From a virus: a stretch of DNA of 64,000 nt. The translations under genes were made by a program, and so were the position numbers. The stretch lies in the IMG/VR virus record IMGVR_UViG_3300021437_000001, positions 32,001 through 96,000 of that record; one strand, written 5' to 3'. Shown here one piece after another: positions 48,091 to 57,886 of this stretch (position 1 is the first letter of the stretch; each line of letters starts with the position of its first letter). The notes beneath the pieces are model-generated. The model made no database searches. It worked only from the letters and a program-made list of their open reading frames with translations, and was not told the origin of the DNA.

Positions 48091-48846
48091 ATGAGCGATA
48101 AAATATATAAAGTAAGTTTAAGTGTGTGCGTGATTGGTATCTTGGCTGGTGTAGGTCTTTTAGCTAAAGGGTTACATGGTAAAGCTAAAAAATATAGAGC
48201 GCAAGCTGCTATAGAAAAACAAAAAGCTATGATCGAAAATCTAAAAGACAACACACTCTATATTGTCACATGCGACGCTGCGAAAAGATGTTTTACTGGT
48301 ACTGGTTTTGTAATTAAGTCTGACAATCAAGGTTCATGGATTTTGACTAATAAGCACGTTTGCAACCATAGCAGACTTTCAAGTAAAGATGCTGCTAAGA
48401 GTGGAAATATACATCAGTATTTACCAATAGGACTTGAAAGTCGTAAATTGGCTCGTACAGGTGGAGTTATAACTAAGGTAGGAGATAACACTGATCTGTG
48501 TTTGATTAGATCAGAAGAACGTTTCCCTCATCCTTTAAAGCTTGCGAAAGAAGCAATTCCACAAGAGAAAATGTTTACTTTCGGTTTTCCAAATAGTCAA
48601 CCAGAAGTAAACGAAGGAATTTATTTGCGCACAGAAGGTATTCCCCTCGCTTTTAATTCAGTCAGTTCTGCAAAAATATGGTTCGGTGCCAGTGGTTCTG
48701 CTGCTGTGAATAGTAAAGGTGAAGTGATTGGTGTTATGGCCGCCATTCGTCAAATACCTAACAAAGATCCTAAAGATAGAAAAAATGTATCTGAAAGTTT
48801 ATTTATACCTCTCGAAACAGTTCGAGAGTTTATTGGAGGAATTTAA
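48091..48846 (+). CDS. Membrane-anchored trypsin-like serine protease
   Basis: N-terminal TM; GTGF, LTNKHV, DLC, GASGS catalytic motifs. Confidence 0.8.
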   Translation: MSDKIYKVSLSVCVIGILAGVGLLAKGLHGKAKKYRAQAAIEKQKAMIENLKDNTLYIVTCDAAKRCFTGTGFVIKSDNQGSWILTNKHVCNHSRLSSKDAAKSGNIHQYLPIGLESRKLARTGGVITKVGDNTDLCLIRSEERFPHPLKLAKEAIPQEKMFTFGFPNSQPEVNEGIYLRTEGIPLAFNSVSSAKIWFGASGSAAVNSKGEVIGVMAAIRQIPNKDPKDRKNVSESLFIPLETVREFIGGI

Positions 48847-48847
48847 T

Positions 48848-49204
48848 ATGATCACTGCAAAAGTACAGTACGCTTTAACGCTGCTGAGAGACGTCCGAGA
48901 TAAGGCAGATGGTCGTCCTATAAAACTAAAAGATGTGTCTAAGGCTCATCAATTAGATTTAAACTTCTTAGAACAAGTCGCACGATCCTTGCGTATTGCA
49001 GGAGTTTTGCGCTCTGTTCGAGGACCTGGAGGCGGTTACGTTTCTGGTCGAGAACTATCAGGCATGAATCTGCTTGAAGTTATGGACGCCGTTGACGCAG
49101 CTAAGCAATTAAAGCATGCAACGCCTTCTGAAGGACCAATGCAGCTTAATCAAGCTGTCCATGCCGAACTAATGAAAGTAATCTCAACTATTCCGGTGTT
49201 GTAA
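48848..49204 (+). CDS. Rrf2-family transcriptional regulator
   Basis: YAL..L, FLEQV...LR.AGVL.SVRGPGGGY; GGAGG RBS before ATG 48848; no Cys cluster. Confidence 0.85.
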   Translation: MITAKVQYALTLLRDVRDKADGRPIKLKDVSKAHQLDLNFLEQVARSLRIAGVLRSVRGPGGGYVSGRELSGMNLLEVMDAVDAAKQLKHATPSEGPMQLNQAVHAELMKVISTIPVL

Positions 49205-49205
49205 G

Positions 49206-49427
49206 ATGAGAGTCTTATCTGAAAGAGAAAGACTATTGGTTGAGCTAGTTCATTTACTTTCTTACGGAGATAAGATTGATTTCGGACTGACTCTAGAAGA
49301 AGTTCAAACTTATCTAGAAAAGCCGATACCTCGTAAGAAAAACAGAAACGCCCTTCAATGTCTTGATGCCGATGGAGAACGTTTTCTGCAACAATTAAAA
49401 GATCATTTAGCTGAACGTAAACGCTGA
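49206..49427 (+). CDS. Hypothetical protein
   Basis: Follows the Rrf2 gene directly. Confidence 0.45.
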   Translation: MRVLSERERLLVELVHLLSYGDKIDFGLTLEEVQTYLEKPIPRKKNRNALQCLDADGERFLQQLKDHLAERKR

Positions 49428-50131
49428 CAAGCCGCTTGCAATAGCTCATGCGTATAGATTGCAGTGGCTTGAGAACTTCCGCTCATACTGGCTTTTCCTG
49501 AGCGTTTATCAAAAGAAATAATGTGCTCTCCCTCTCTCCAAATCATTCCTGGTAGGCCAAAATTTGAACTAGGACTTCTTTGTTTTTCATTGACGCCATT
49601 ACCTACCACTCGCATATTAGGTAGGTTTAAAGATGCAGGATAATAAGGCTCTTTGCTAATGTCCCATGCGGCCTTTTTAATTCTGCCGACTGTGTCTAAT
49701 TCATAATTACCCGAGGCCACGACAATAATACCAGAGTAGGCTTTTACAGCTTTAGTCTCTTCTTTAATTTCCTCTCTGCCACCACCAGAAAAATTAACTA
49801 TCTCTACGCCTAGGGTTTTTGCAAGTTCAAAACATTCAGCCGTTGAATGTGTTGCTGGATTGAAGAATTTGCATGAAATTATTTCGACTTCAGGGCACAC
49901 TTTATCCGAAAGTTTTGGACCGAACAATATCAGTCCAGTGATGTGCGTGCCGTGTCCGTGTCTGTCTATTAAGTCAGAATCCGAGTTATGTTTAGATAAG
50001 AACGGCTGCAATTCGTCAATCTGACTGATGCCTGTATCTATTACCATTACTCGTATCGAGTGTAGATTGGGTTCGCTTGCGCAAACCCCACCCATCAAAA
50101 AAGCTATTGAAAATAAAAATAGTTTTCTCAC
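49403..50131 (-). CDS. Secreted subtilisin-like (S8) protease
   Basis: Signal peptide; VIDTG, HGHGTHI, ASGN, SGSSQAT. Confidence 0.82.
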   Translation of the reverse strand: MRKLFLFSIAFLMGGVCASEPNLHSIRVMVIDTGISQIDELQPFLSKHNSDSDLIDRHGHGTHITGLILFGPKLSDKVCPEVEIISCKFFNPATHSTAECFELAKTLGVEIVNFSGGGREEIKEETKAVKAYSGIIVVASGNYELDTVGRIKKAAWDISKEPYYPASLNLPNMRVVGNGVNEKQRSPSSNFGLPGMIWREGEHIISFDKRSGKASMSGSSQATAIYTHELLQAACQRLRSAK

Positions 50132-50139
50132 AAAAAATC

Positions 50140-50577
50140 CTAATCTTTATCAGAATGCTCTTTGTCATCCGAAGATTTAAGCATCATACACAAAACACTT
50201 CGTTGAAAGTTAAGGTCAATTCCAGCCTCATAAGTTCCATTGTTATTAATATCTGTAAAGCTATCAATAACAACTCCACCATTAGGGCAAAGTGAACTTG
50301 GGGCAAGATATTGTTTGATCACTGCATTAGCACCATGCGGTCCAGTGTCGCCTTTAGGACCTACGCTGCCCGTTGCACCGTTATAACCGTTCATGCCGTT
50401 AAGACCACGAGGGCCGACTGGACCAGTAGCACCTGTCAATCCAGTATCTCCTTTGTCTCCCTTATCACCTTTAAGTCCTTGCTTCCCTTGTACGGTTTTG
50501 ACTTCGGAATAACCGTCATTACACCCTGAAAGTCCAATTGCAATTGCGATAAAAAACAACATCACTGCCAATTTCAT
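50140..50577 (-). CDS. Collagen-like repeat lipoprotein
   Basis: Lipobox LSGC, G-X-Y repeats, CPNGG...DINNNG motif; AAAGGAG RBS before ATG 50577. Confidence 0.7.
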   Translation of the reverse strand: MKLAVMLFFIAIAIGLSGCNDGYSEVKTVQGKQGLKGDKGDKGDTGLTGATGPVGPRGLNGMNGYNGATGSVGPKGDTGPHGANAVIKQYLAPSSLCPNGGVVIDSFTDINNNGTYEAGIDLNFQRSVLCMMLKSSDDKEHSDKD

Positions 50578-50590
50578 AAAATCTCCTTTG

Positions 50591-51511
50591 TTAGATAAGA
50601 TTTGCATCGGTTAAAACTTCACGAATAGTCTCTTCGTCCTCGTAAGAGTCTTCTGAGACTCGCATTACGAGATTGTCACCTTCGTATTGATCATGCAGCG
50701 CCGCAAGATCTAGAATATCTTGGCGAGTAACTTCATCAATTGAATACTCTTCCTCGTCTAATTCAGTTTCATAGTCCTCATCAGTAAATTGATTCTCACG
50801 ACCATATACTGTTTGATTCTCAATGGGCTTTTCACAAACTTGCAACACTTCAAACTTACAAATACGCATCTTTTCACCGTTGTAGTCGATAGGTACTGCA
50901 ACGACATCTTTAGGATTGATCTTTACTTCGACACGAGTCCCAGACCAATTAGAGGCATAGTTCCACGCTGCGGCATGCAATCCTGCCGAACACGTTCTAG
51001 TAGGGTCATCATCCACTTGCTCTCTAGGCATTTCACAAATAGCTCCTGGACTATTGTCAAACTTTCCGGTGTGCTTGTCTTTAAAGTCCTCAGTCACGCC
51101 ACGGTAGGCAATAAAACAACCGTCGTCAGTAAAAGGGTGTCCATTATGTTCAAGGAATTTAAACAATTGCTCTCGGGAACGGTAACTTGGATTCTGTTTG
51201 AGATTCTCCCAAAACTTAAGCAAGTAAGCAAATGGAATTCCTTCACGTTTAAACTCTAAAATGCGGGCATTTAGTTCAGTTGGTAAAGCCTCACCTGTCG
51301 AAGTGATAACTTGACCGTCTACAATTCGCAAACCGTCTTTGGCAAATTGTGCAGAGATGTCAACGAGTTCGGGAATTTCTGCGATTCGCCCTTCTTTAAT
51401 TGCCAAGATAACTTTACCAAAACGGTCGTCACCTCGAGCGATAGCCAGTGTTTTACCGTCAAAATTTACAGTCACGCTGTTTTGTGTGATGTGATAATTT
51501 ATTTTTCCCAT
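50591..51511 (-). CDS. rIIB: rIIB-like protein
   Basis: FWENL..NPS, LF.FL, DGCFIAY, MPRE.VDDDP...CS.GLH, VKINPKDVV.VP.DY...K.R.CK. Confidence 0.8.
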   Translation of the reverse strand: MGKINYHITQNSVTVNFDGKTLAIARGDDRFGKVILAIKEGRIAEIPELVDISAQFAKDGLRIVDGQVITSTGEALPTELNARILEFKREGIPFAYLLKFWENLKQNPSYRSREQLFKFLEHNGHPFTDDGCFIAYRGVTEDFKDKHTGKFDNSPGAICEMPREQVDDDPTRTCSAGLHAAAWNYASNWSGTRVEVKINPKDVVAVPIDYNGEKMRICKFEVLQVCEKPIENQTVYGRENQFTDEDYETELDEEEYSIDEVTRQDILDLAALHDQYEGDNLVMRVSEDSYEDEETIREVLTDANLI

Positions 51512-51534
51512 ACTTATCTCCTTTGTTACTTCTC

Positions 51535-51561
51535 TTATCGGTATAATTTTTTAAAACTTTA
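51535..51561 (-). promoter_or_regulatory. sigma28 (FliA)-type promoter
   Basis: TAAAGTTT-N11-ACCGATAA upstream of the rIIB RBS. Confidence 0.75.
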
Positions 51562-51873
51562 GTGATTTATTGATTGATCTAGCAATTTTTTTAAAGCCTC
51601 TCGACCTTCTGCCATTGCTGCCAAGCTGACCGTGTTGTCTGGCGTATGCTCTCTCAATAGATTAAACATACGATCATACTCAGTAAACACTTCGGCCTTG
51701 CTAGTCACTAGCTGACCGATACTGTAAAGCACGGACAATTGAGCATCGGTTAGCATTTTGAAACGCATGACTGTCATCCTATCGTCAATCTCTGAGTTAT
51801 CCACGATAAGCGCATACTGTATCGTATTGATAAATGCCCTAGCCATGACTGCGTTAATATTAAGTTTTTCCAT
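51559..51873 (-). CDS. Hypothetical protein between rIIA and rIIB
   Basis: AAGGAG RBS; about 104 aa. Confidence 0.55.
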   Translation of the reverse strand: MEKLNINAVMARAFINTIQYALIVDNSEIDDRMTVMRFKMLTDAQLSVLYSIGQLVTSKAEVFTEYDRMFNLLREHTPDNTVSLAAMAEGREALKKLLDQSINH

Positions 51874-51882
51874 ATTCACTCC

Positions 51883-53940
51883 TTATTTATTGTTTAGATA
51901 CCATGTCATTTCACGTCTACATTCTGCATCTGAGTAACGGTCCATGTGTTTCAACAATGGATATTTATCGTTAACTAACGCTTTCATTTCGGCGTCTTGT
52001 TCTAAAAACTTCACATACTCAGCATCATCTTTGAACCTTGTTACTAATACCGGAGGCACGTCCCTACCTTTATAAGCCTTGTTCATCATCTTGTATTGAT
52101 CGACCATTTTAGTCAACTTTTTATTTTTAATGCCCTCAAGTTGAGACAGTTTCTCAATGATGTGTAAGTTTAAAGCCTTAGCACGCATCATTCTGAGACG
52201 TATGTCTTCGGTGATAGTGATTTGATCTGCCCAATCTTTATACAGAGTGAAGCCTTTTTCACCTTGTACGATTTCAAATGTTTCTTTCGAGACCGCAATA
52301 AAGATCGGCTTTTTGTTTTTTGCGTCGTGTCGTGAACCACCAAATTCTCGAATCATTGTGTTCATTGATTCTTTTTTGTCTTGCCAGTCTGACAGTAAAC
52401 AGTAAATATATTCTCGACCGCTTGCAGACATTGCCGATGCAGTTTCGGCGTTCGTGTCTCGACCGTAACCATTCAAGTAATGGATATTTTGTTGACTCGC
52501 AAGCTTGGCCGCCTTGATTGCTTTTGGTGTTCGTGGAGGCAAAACAAAAGTAATGGCATGAAAGTCGTGAAACTTTCCTAAGATGTCTTGAAGGTCTTTC
52601 AAGGCCTTAGTTGGTGCCACGTCAAACTTTAATTGAGTGACTGTGCCTAGGCTATCCGTTGTCGTGGTAGGTCTTGCTCGAATGATATACATATCTTTAT
52701 TTGCACTAAGCACAGACTTGATTCGACGATTCATTGTCACTATCGACTCATCTTGATTGATCAAGTAGATGTTATGCAAATGATCAAATGGAATTCCCTT
52801 CACATTTGAGTCTTTGATCTTGTCACCACGCATTGTGTACTGGCGAAAAGTAACAGAGCCAAGTAAGTTTGTATATAAATATTGACCGTCAAAACGAAAA
52901 CCTTTGTATTCGTTATTTTGCATTACAAAATATTTGTACATACTGTGATAAACAGTGACGAATTCTTTGACAGTAGAGATTGCATTGATCTTTGCATTGA
53001 CATGGTTTTTCACGTCAGTTAGAAGTTTAGTGCCGATCTTTGCAAGACCTTTGCGAGTAAAATCAGAATCATCAAGTTTTTCACGACTTGCGGAAACTTG
53101 CACAAGTCCATTAGGAATTCTGATCACCATGTAACCTGCTAATTCCTTGCGTAGGTTTTCCATTGGCGCTACTTTCTCTAATAGGTCAGAAGGTAGGGCA
53201 TAAGGAATGCCGTCGATAACTAATAGACCTGAACGATTGTAGCCACTTGTAAGATAACTAGGTAAAAAATCACTGCTATTAGTAATTAACAAAGGGCCAA
53301 CTTCATAGCCTCGTAGCATAGAATCTAATGTCAAATTCTTTACCACTGGCATTTCTTCTTGTGTCCAAAAGTAACAGGCACGCTTGATCGAGTTACAAAA
53401 TTCTGTAACATCTCTAGGATTGACTGCAATCTGTATTTCGCAGCCATTAGGCTGATCAGTTTGAACTGTTTCGATTAAGTCCAATTGACCAACATTTGAT
53501 GAGCCGACGTGCGCATTGTAGGTGCGACGTGTGCCGTTGACTGTGGATTGAATGATAAAACCGTCTGCATAAGACCAAGCAGACTTAGCGCCAATGCCGA
53601 AGCCGCCTGTCTGTGTATTGTTTGTGCGCTTAGTAGAGGCACCATAAAGCACGAACACATTAGCCATTCTGTCTGGACTAATACCAGGACCAAAGTCTCG
53701 AACTTTAAATGTTGGCTCAAGTTGAGTCGGCGCAACAACTTCGATGCGTCGAGTCTGTCCGATTTCACGATGTGCGTCACGAGCATTGCTCATGTATTCT
53801 TGTACAAGTGTGCGAATTTTATGCTCATATAAACGATTGCGAAGAATCTCAATAACGACCGAAGGATCACCGATGCCAAATGATTGAGATTGAACGTCTT
53901 GATTTGATTCGTACTTGTTATTATGTCCAGCGATTCTCAT
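51883..53940 (-). CDS. rIIA: rIIA-like protein (N-terminal GHKL ATPase)
   Basis: LY..K...VQEYMSNARDAH, VRDFGPGIS, YGASTK......GGFGIGAKS; upstream of rIIB. Confidence 0.82.
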   Translation of the reverse strand: MRIAGHNNKYESNQDVQSQSFGIGDPSVVIEILRNRLYEHKIRTLVQEYMSNARDAHREIGQTRRIEVVAPTQLEPTFKVRDFGPGISPDRMANVFVLYGASTKRTNNTQTGGFGIGAKSAWSYADGFIIQSTVNGTRRTYNAHVGSSNVGQLDLIETVQTDQPNGCEIQIAVNPRDVTEFCNSIKRACYFWTQEEMPVVKNLTLDSMLRGYEVGPLLITNSSDFLPSYLTSGYNRSGLLVIDGIPYALPSDLLEKVAPMENLRKELAGYMVIRIPNGLVQVSASREKLDDSDFTRKGLAKIGTKLLTDVKNHVNAKINAISTVKEFVTVYHSMYKYFVMQNNEYKGFRFDGQYLYTNLLGSVTFRQYTMRGDKIKDSNVKGIPFDHLHNIYLINQDESIVTMNRRIKSVLSANKDMYIIRARPTTTTDSLGTVTQLKFDVAPTKALKDLQDILGKFHDFHAITFVLPPRTPKAIKAAKLASQQNIHYLNGYGRDTNAETASAMSASGREYIYCLLSDWQDKKESMNTMIREFGGSRHDAKNKKPIFIAVSKETFEIVQGEKGFTLYKDWADQITITEDIRLRMMRAKALNLHIIEKLSQLEGIKNKKLTKMVDQYKMMNKAYKGRDVPPVLVTRFKDDAEYVKFLEQDAEMKALVNDKYPLLKHMDRYSDAECRREMTWYLNNK

Positions 53941-53987
53941 TGTGTTACTCCTTTGCTTGGCTTCATTGCCTTGCTTTCATATAATAC

Positions 53988-54014
53988 TTATCGGCAGGTT
54001 TTCAAAAAACTTTA
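53988..54014 (-). promoter_or_regulatory. sigma28 (FliA)-type promoter
   Basis: Perfect TAAAGTTT-N11-GCCGATAA upstream of rIIA. Confidence 0.82.
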
Positions 54015-54017
54015 GAA

Positions 54018-54296
54018 CTATTTTGAATTTCTTTTTTTATACTCTGACATATAAGACTCTTCCTTAGCGATTCGAGCCGCTTGCTCTTCATCCGTCTCAT
54101 CTCGATAAGAATTCCAGCAAACATAAATATCTTGAGAAAAATTTGTATCTTCTGCCACAAAAACAAAAGTATTATGGCCCACAATTTCTTGTAACTGTTC
54201 AATATTAATTGCTTTATCTGGCAAAAGGGCTTTATGACTGGTCTGTACTTTTTGTTTTTCATAATTAATTTTAATAGCGTATGCGTATGCTGGCAT
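54018..54296 (-). CDS. Hypothetical protein
   Basis: AAGGAG RBS, own promoter. Confidence 0.6.
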   Translation of the reverse strand: MPAYAYAIKINYEKQKVQTSHKALLPDKAINIEQLQEIVGHNTFVFVAEDTNFSQDIYVCWNSYRDETDEEQAARIAKEESYMSEYKKRNSK

Positions 54297-54317
54297 TAAA
54301 ATCTCCTTGTTTAATAC

Positions 54318-54344
54318 TTATCGGCAGAATTTTAAAAAACTTTA
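54318..54344 (-). promoter_or_regulatory. sigma28 (FliA)-type promoter
   Basis: Perfect TAAAGTTT-N11-GCCGATAA. Confidence 0.82.
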
Positions 54345-55118
54345 GTCTTTTTTAATAAATTTTTGTATATCGTCCATTGATATAAGTCCCATAGGTGCCA
54401 AGCCATTATTTACACTCTTCAATTCAAAAAAGAAGTCTGGCTGTTCACCGAAGGCTTTAAATTCAAAACCGACTTGCGTCACATGGCCCACGGGTTTAGT
54501 CAAAAAATAAGCGGCATCATACCAAGACCGCAAGTCTGAACTGCCTCGGATATTGTCTGCGGCATTCTTAGACTTTGACGTCTTATTGTGATGCACAAGC
54601 ATGATCGCCGTGCCACTGTCCCGCTGTAAGTGTCTCAATTTGGTAAGTATCTTACTCATTTGAGACGTGCTACCTTCGGCAGTGTTCGGAATGAGACGCA
54701 CCAATGGGTCCATAATGATAAGCAATGGCCTCTCTTCAGTCACTTGCTTTCGCAATGCCTCAAAATGCTCATCGTTATCTAGTGCGAAGTTTTGCCCTGC
54801 CACGATTGACACGTTTTGTCGTAGGTCTCGCATTGAGGCTTGTTTTGCTCTGCAAATTTGCTCTAGACGTTCTTTGATAATTGCACCGCTATCCTCGCCT
54901 TGTATCATCATGACTCTGCCTTGTTTCAATACGTTATACATTCCAAAACATTTTTCACCTGTGGCAATACTGACCAACAATTCACCAGCAAGCCAAGACT
55001 TTCTCGTTTTGGGATCACCTGCCACAAGACACGTTGACGACTCTGGTAGTAGTCTCTCAATGAGCCATGATGTGTTGCCTTTATCATCTAGTTGATCAAT
55101 TGATTCAAACTTAAACAT
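54342..55118 (-). CDS. RecA-fold ATPase (AAA_25 / RepA helicase-like)
   Basis: WLIE.LLP, GDPKTRKS, QGED, IMDPL, LVHH, RGSS. Confidence 0.8.
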   Translation of the reverse strand: MFKFESIDQLDDKGNTSWLIERLLPESSTCLVAGDPKTRKSWLAGELLVSIATGEKCFGMYNVLKQGRVMMIQGEDSGAIIKERLEQICRAKQASMRDLRQNVSIVAGQNFALDNDEHFEALRKQVTEERPLLIIMDPLVRLIPNTAEGSTSQMSKILTKLRHLQRDSGTAIMLVHHNKTSKSKNAADNIRGSSDLRSWYDAAYFLTKPVGHVTQVGFEFKAFGEQPDFFFELKSVNNGLAPMGLISMDDIQKFIKKD

Positions 55119-55142
55119 TTGGCCCTTGCCTTTCTCCTATCC

Positions 55143-55170
55143 TTATCGGTAGGTATATTGAAAAACTTTA
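55143..55170 (-). promoter_or_regulatory. sigma28 (FliA)-type promoter
   Basis: TAAAGTTT-N12-ACCGATAA. Confidence 0.65.
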
Positions 55171-55207
55171 GCAAAATAGTCAACTATTACAATAAAAAAA
55201 TGTCTAC

Positions 55208-55429
55208 CTAGTTGAACTGAGACGTCTCAGGTAGATACATTTCATTGAGTTGATCAAGTAAAATGCTAGCGTACACCTCGGGTGTATTGATATGAGACGG
55301 TAGGTTCGTGATTAGTACCACGAACCCAGACGCCTCGAGTGTTTCAATCCAGGACATTGCCTCATCATCTAATTCATTGACAAGACGTTCTGCTGTAGCA
55401 TATTGAGATTTACCTTTGATTAGTATCAT
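55208..55429 (-). CDS. Hypothetical early-region protein
   Basis: GGAG RBS, ATG at about 55429 (MILIKG...). Confidence 0.5.
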   Translation of the reverse strand: MILIKGKSQYATAERLVNELDDEAMSWIETLEASGFVVLITNLPSHINTPEVYASILLDQLNEMYLPETSQFN

Positions 55430-55620
55430 TTTGACTCCAATTTTTGGTTTATTAATTCTTGCAATCCTCGTGCCGATACCATTAATGAATGAATTTCTAA
55501 CATTAAGACGCCACAAACTAACGGCATATCAGATTGATTCAAGTGGCCGTGTCTCTCCATTTGAGACACTAATGCCTTGAGTTTGTTTGCTCTGTCAATC
55601 ATAAACTGAACCTGTTCCAT
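55426..55620 (-). CDS. Hypothetical early-region protein
   Basis: AGGAG RBS, coupled ORF. Confidence 0.5.
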   Translation of the reverse strand: MEQVQFMIDRANKLKALVSQMERHGHLNQSDMPLVCGVLMLEIHSLMVSARGLQELINQKLESK

Positions 55621-55922
55621 TATGAGACTCCTAGGAATTTGTAGCGTTTTGTTACGACGTGTACTGTATTAAATTGAGACGTGTTGACTATTTCTCCAGT
55701 CTCGACGTTCAATAGTTCAAAACTTGAGTCTGAAATCAGTACCTCAGTGACGTCTTGACTTAGTCGGTAGCATCCTATCTTTTTGCCCTCTGAGTACTTG
55801 CGGACCCATGCGGTAGCATCGGCGAAAGTGTCAAGCGGTGTCGATAAGTCTCGACCGTTTTGCGTGACCATGTACCAAGACCGTTGACCAAGGGTATGTC
55901 TTAAAATGAAACACTTATCCAT
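55620..55922 (-). CDS. Hypothetical early-region protein
   Basis: Coupled ORF, 100 aa. Confidence 0.55.
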   Translation of the reverse strand: MDKCFILRHTLGQRSWYMVTQNGRDLSTPLDTFADATAWVRKYSEGKKIGCYRLSQDVTEVLISDSSFELLNVETGEIVNTSQFNTVHVVTKRYKFLGVS

Positions 55923-56145
55923 TTGACACCTTCTTGTTTCGTTTTGATACAGGTAGGTTTCGAGACTCTTTCAAGGCTTGCTGCGCATCTTGAATCATGC
56001 TTTCGACTGCGGTCAATGTAACTTTTGCGCCGTGAGCCTTAACAACGGCTAGCAAAACTTGTGCCAAATTCATTATTAACACCGTGTCCTCATTGAAGAC
56101 AGGATTAGGTTGTTTCAATTTGATAACTTTCGCATTCTGTTCCAT
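55915..56145 (-). CDS. Hypothetical early-region protein
   Basis: AAAGGAG RBS, first gene after a sigma28-type promoter. Confidence 0.6.
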   Translation of the reverse strand: MEQNAKVIKLKQPNPVFNEDTVLIMNLAQVLLAVVKAHGAKVTLTAVESMIQDAQQALKESRNLPVSKRNKKVSNG

Positions 56146-56177
56146 TTTGATACTCCTTTGTTTAGTGTTCGTTTTTC

Positions 56178-56205
56178 TTATCGGACGATTGAGTCAAAAA
56201 CTTAA
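56178..56205 (-). promoter_or_regulatory. sigma28 (FliA)-type promoter (variant)
   Basis: TTAAGTTT-N12-TCCGATAA. Confidence 0.55.
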
Positions 56206-56224
56206 GAACTATTTTTGTCTCAAA

Positions 56225-56827
56225 TTAGCACGCTCCCCAGCCAGCAAGCATCGTCTCAAATTGAGACTCTTTTTTGATTGCTTTTTCACGTTCAATTTTT
56301 ATTTTTGCGTCAAGTTTTGCCTTGACCGTTGCAATTTTTGTCTTGAGGCTTGCAATCCTTTTTTGCAAGCCTTGCGGTCTCAAGTCACCTTGACAGACTG
56401 GACATTTTGCGGACTGATAGACTTTCAAGGCAAGCAATCGAGACTTGCAAGCGCCGCAAGTGTGAAAGGCTTTCGACCGTGTCAACGGCTTGCTTTCAAG
56501 GTCACGCAATTGCGTCGATAGCGCCTTGACTCGGTCTTGCAATTTTGACAGTGACTTGCTTTCGATAGTCACCTCACAAAAATAAACAGCCACAACGGTG
56601 TCCCATTTTGAGGCATTTTTCAAACAAAAATCATGTGCCTCATTATAAGACGTAAAGACTTGATCAAGTCTATAGTCTACTTTTGAGACAGTTTGAAAGT
56701 CGCCGCTATAACCGTCTTGATGTCCATTTTCGAGACGGTCTTGATCTTGTTTTGACTTAAATAGATCATAAATCTCATTTCGAGACAACTTTCCTTTTCT
56801 AGTTGTCTCAATATTACACGCTCCCAT
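56225..56827 (-). CDS. Hypothetical protein with zinc finger flanked by coiled coils
   Basis: CGAC...CPVC; AAAAGGAG RBS. Confidence 0.65.
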   Translation of the reverse strand: MGACNIETTRKGKLSRNEIYDLFKSKQDQDRLENGHQDGYSGDFQTVSKVDYRLDQVFTSYNEAHDFCLKNASKWDTVVAVYFCEVTIESKSLSKLQDRVKALSTQLRDLESKPLTRSKAFHTCGACKSRLLALKVYQSAKCPVCQGDLRPQGLQKRIASLKTKIATVKAKLDAKIKIEREKAIKKESQFETMLAGWGAC

Positions 56828-56869
56828 TTGACACGCTCCTTTTTGATACGTTGTTTAGTAGACGTCACG

Positions 56870-56901
56870 AAAAAGGCCCCATCTCAAAATGAGACAGGGC
56901 C
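56870..56901 (-). terminator. Intrinsic terminator built on the palindrome motif
   Basis: Minus strand GGCCCTGTCTCA-TTT-TGAGATGGGGCC-TTTTT (12-bp stem with G-U pairs). Confidence 0.75.
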
Positions 56902-56909
56902 ACAAAGGA

Positions 56910-57392
56910 TTACACCGCCTCATCCTGAGACGTTTTTCGGACATTTGGTTGTATTGAATTGGGAATCTGTATTCTTTTGAGACCAGTTATTTTGCGTGCC
57001 AAAATGAGACCATCATTCCAGTCGTCTTGACGTCCGTCGCTTGCGACGTCGATAAGATCACCTAGACGATGTTTCAAAATGATAAGGCAAGCGGTCACGA
57101 CTGTATCATACGGATACATATTCGTTTTGCAAAAATCTGACTCATTTTGAGACAAGTGCTCTCGCATAACGAAGTCCTCACATGAGCCGACTCGTTCTGA
57201 GCCATTCACTTTGAGACCACCATAGAGTTTTGGCTCACAATGAGCCGAAAATCCAGCGAGACCGCCAAACGTCTCAGAATAATACCGTATCGTTTTGGCA
57301 CATTCATAAATCGCTTTTTGATACGCTGCCTCAGATTGAGTCGCTTTGCCTTTCGGCGCTTTTTTGAAAGTCCAGTAATGCGTATATCCCAT
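56910..57392 (-). CDS. Conserved-type phage hypothetical protein
   Basis: MGYTHYW N-terminus and FCKT..PYD..VTACL...SDG pattern; AAAGGAG RBS. Confidence 0.7.
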   Translation of the reverse strand: MGYTHYWTFKKAPKGKATQSEAAYQKAIYECAKTIRYYSETFGGLAGFSAHCEPKLYGGLKVNGSERVGSCEDFVMREHLSQNESDFCKTNMYPYDTVVTACLIILKHRLGDLIDVASDGRQDDWNDGLILARKITGLKRIQIPNSIQPNVRKTSQDEAV

Positions 57393-57459
57393 TTTGATAC
57401 TCCTTTGTTTTGAGACCGTCGTCTTGACAAGTCTCGGTTTTGTTTTGCTGTCTTATCTC

Positions 57460-57486
57460 TTATCGGTCACTTTTTTAAAAACTTGA
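57460..57486 (-). promoter_or_regulatory. sigma28 (FliA)-type promoter
   Basis: TCAAGTTT-N11-ACCGATAA. Confidence 0.7.
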
Positions 57487-57512
57487 GGCTTTCAGTCAAC
57501 TTTTTTAAAAAA

Positions 57513-57800
57513 TCACGCCGCTTTAAATTGATTCAATATGTCCCAATCTGAGACAGTTTCATTGGTATCGTCCCAAACTAAGACAGTACGTCCAGCGTGA
57601 CCGTGCAATAGGATAGCGTCAACCCATGTCTCAAATTGAGTCACTGAATTGATCTTGCGAGTCGAGCCGTCCGCAAGTTTTGCGTCAACGGTCCAGCGGA
57701 CTTGCGTCAAGCCTTGCGCATTGACTTGACCGCTTGCAACGTGTCCAGTGCCCGACGTGCCTGTCAAGTCTTGCAATCGTATCAACTTAAATGTTCTCAT
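57513..57800 (-). CDS. Conserved-type phage hypothetical protein
   Basis: MRTFKLIR..D.TGTSGTG.VA.G...VRW...HGH.G.T..VW; AAAGGAG RBS before ATG 57800. Confidence 0.7.
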   Translation of the reverse strand: MRTFKLIRLQDLTGTSGTGHVASGQVNAQGLTQVRWTVDAKLADGSTRKINSVTQFETWVDAILLHGHAGRTVLVWDDTNETVSDWDILNQFKAA

Positions 57801-57886
57801 TTTGAGACTCCTTTGTTTACGTCTTGCGTCAATATTGACAGACGACGTCAAAACAGTCAAGTAAAAAATACAGTCTCATTTTGAGA

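Noticed and set aside
50330-50490. Periodic sequence in the lipoprotein gene
   Set aside because: Explained by collagen-like G-X-Y codons.
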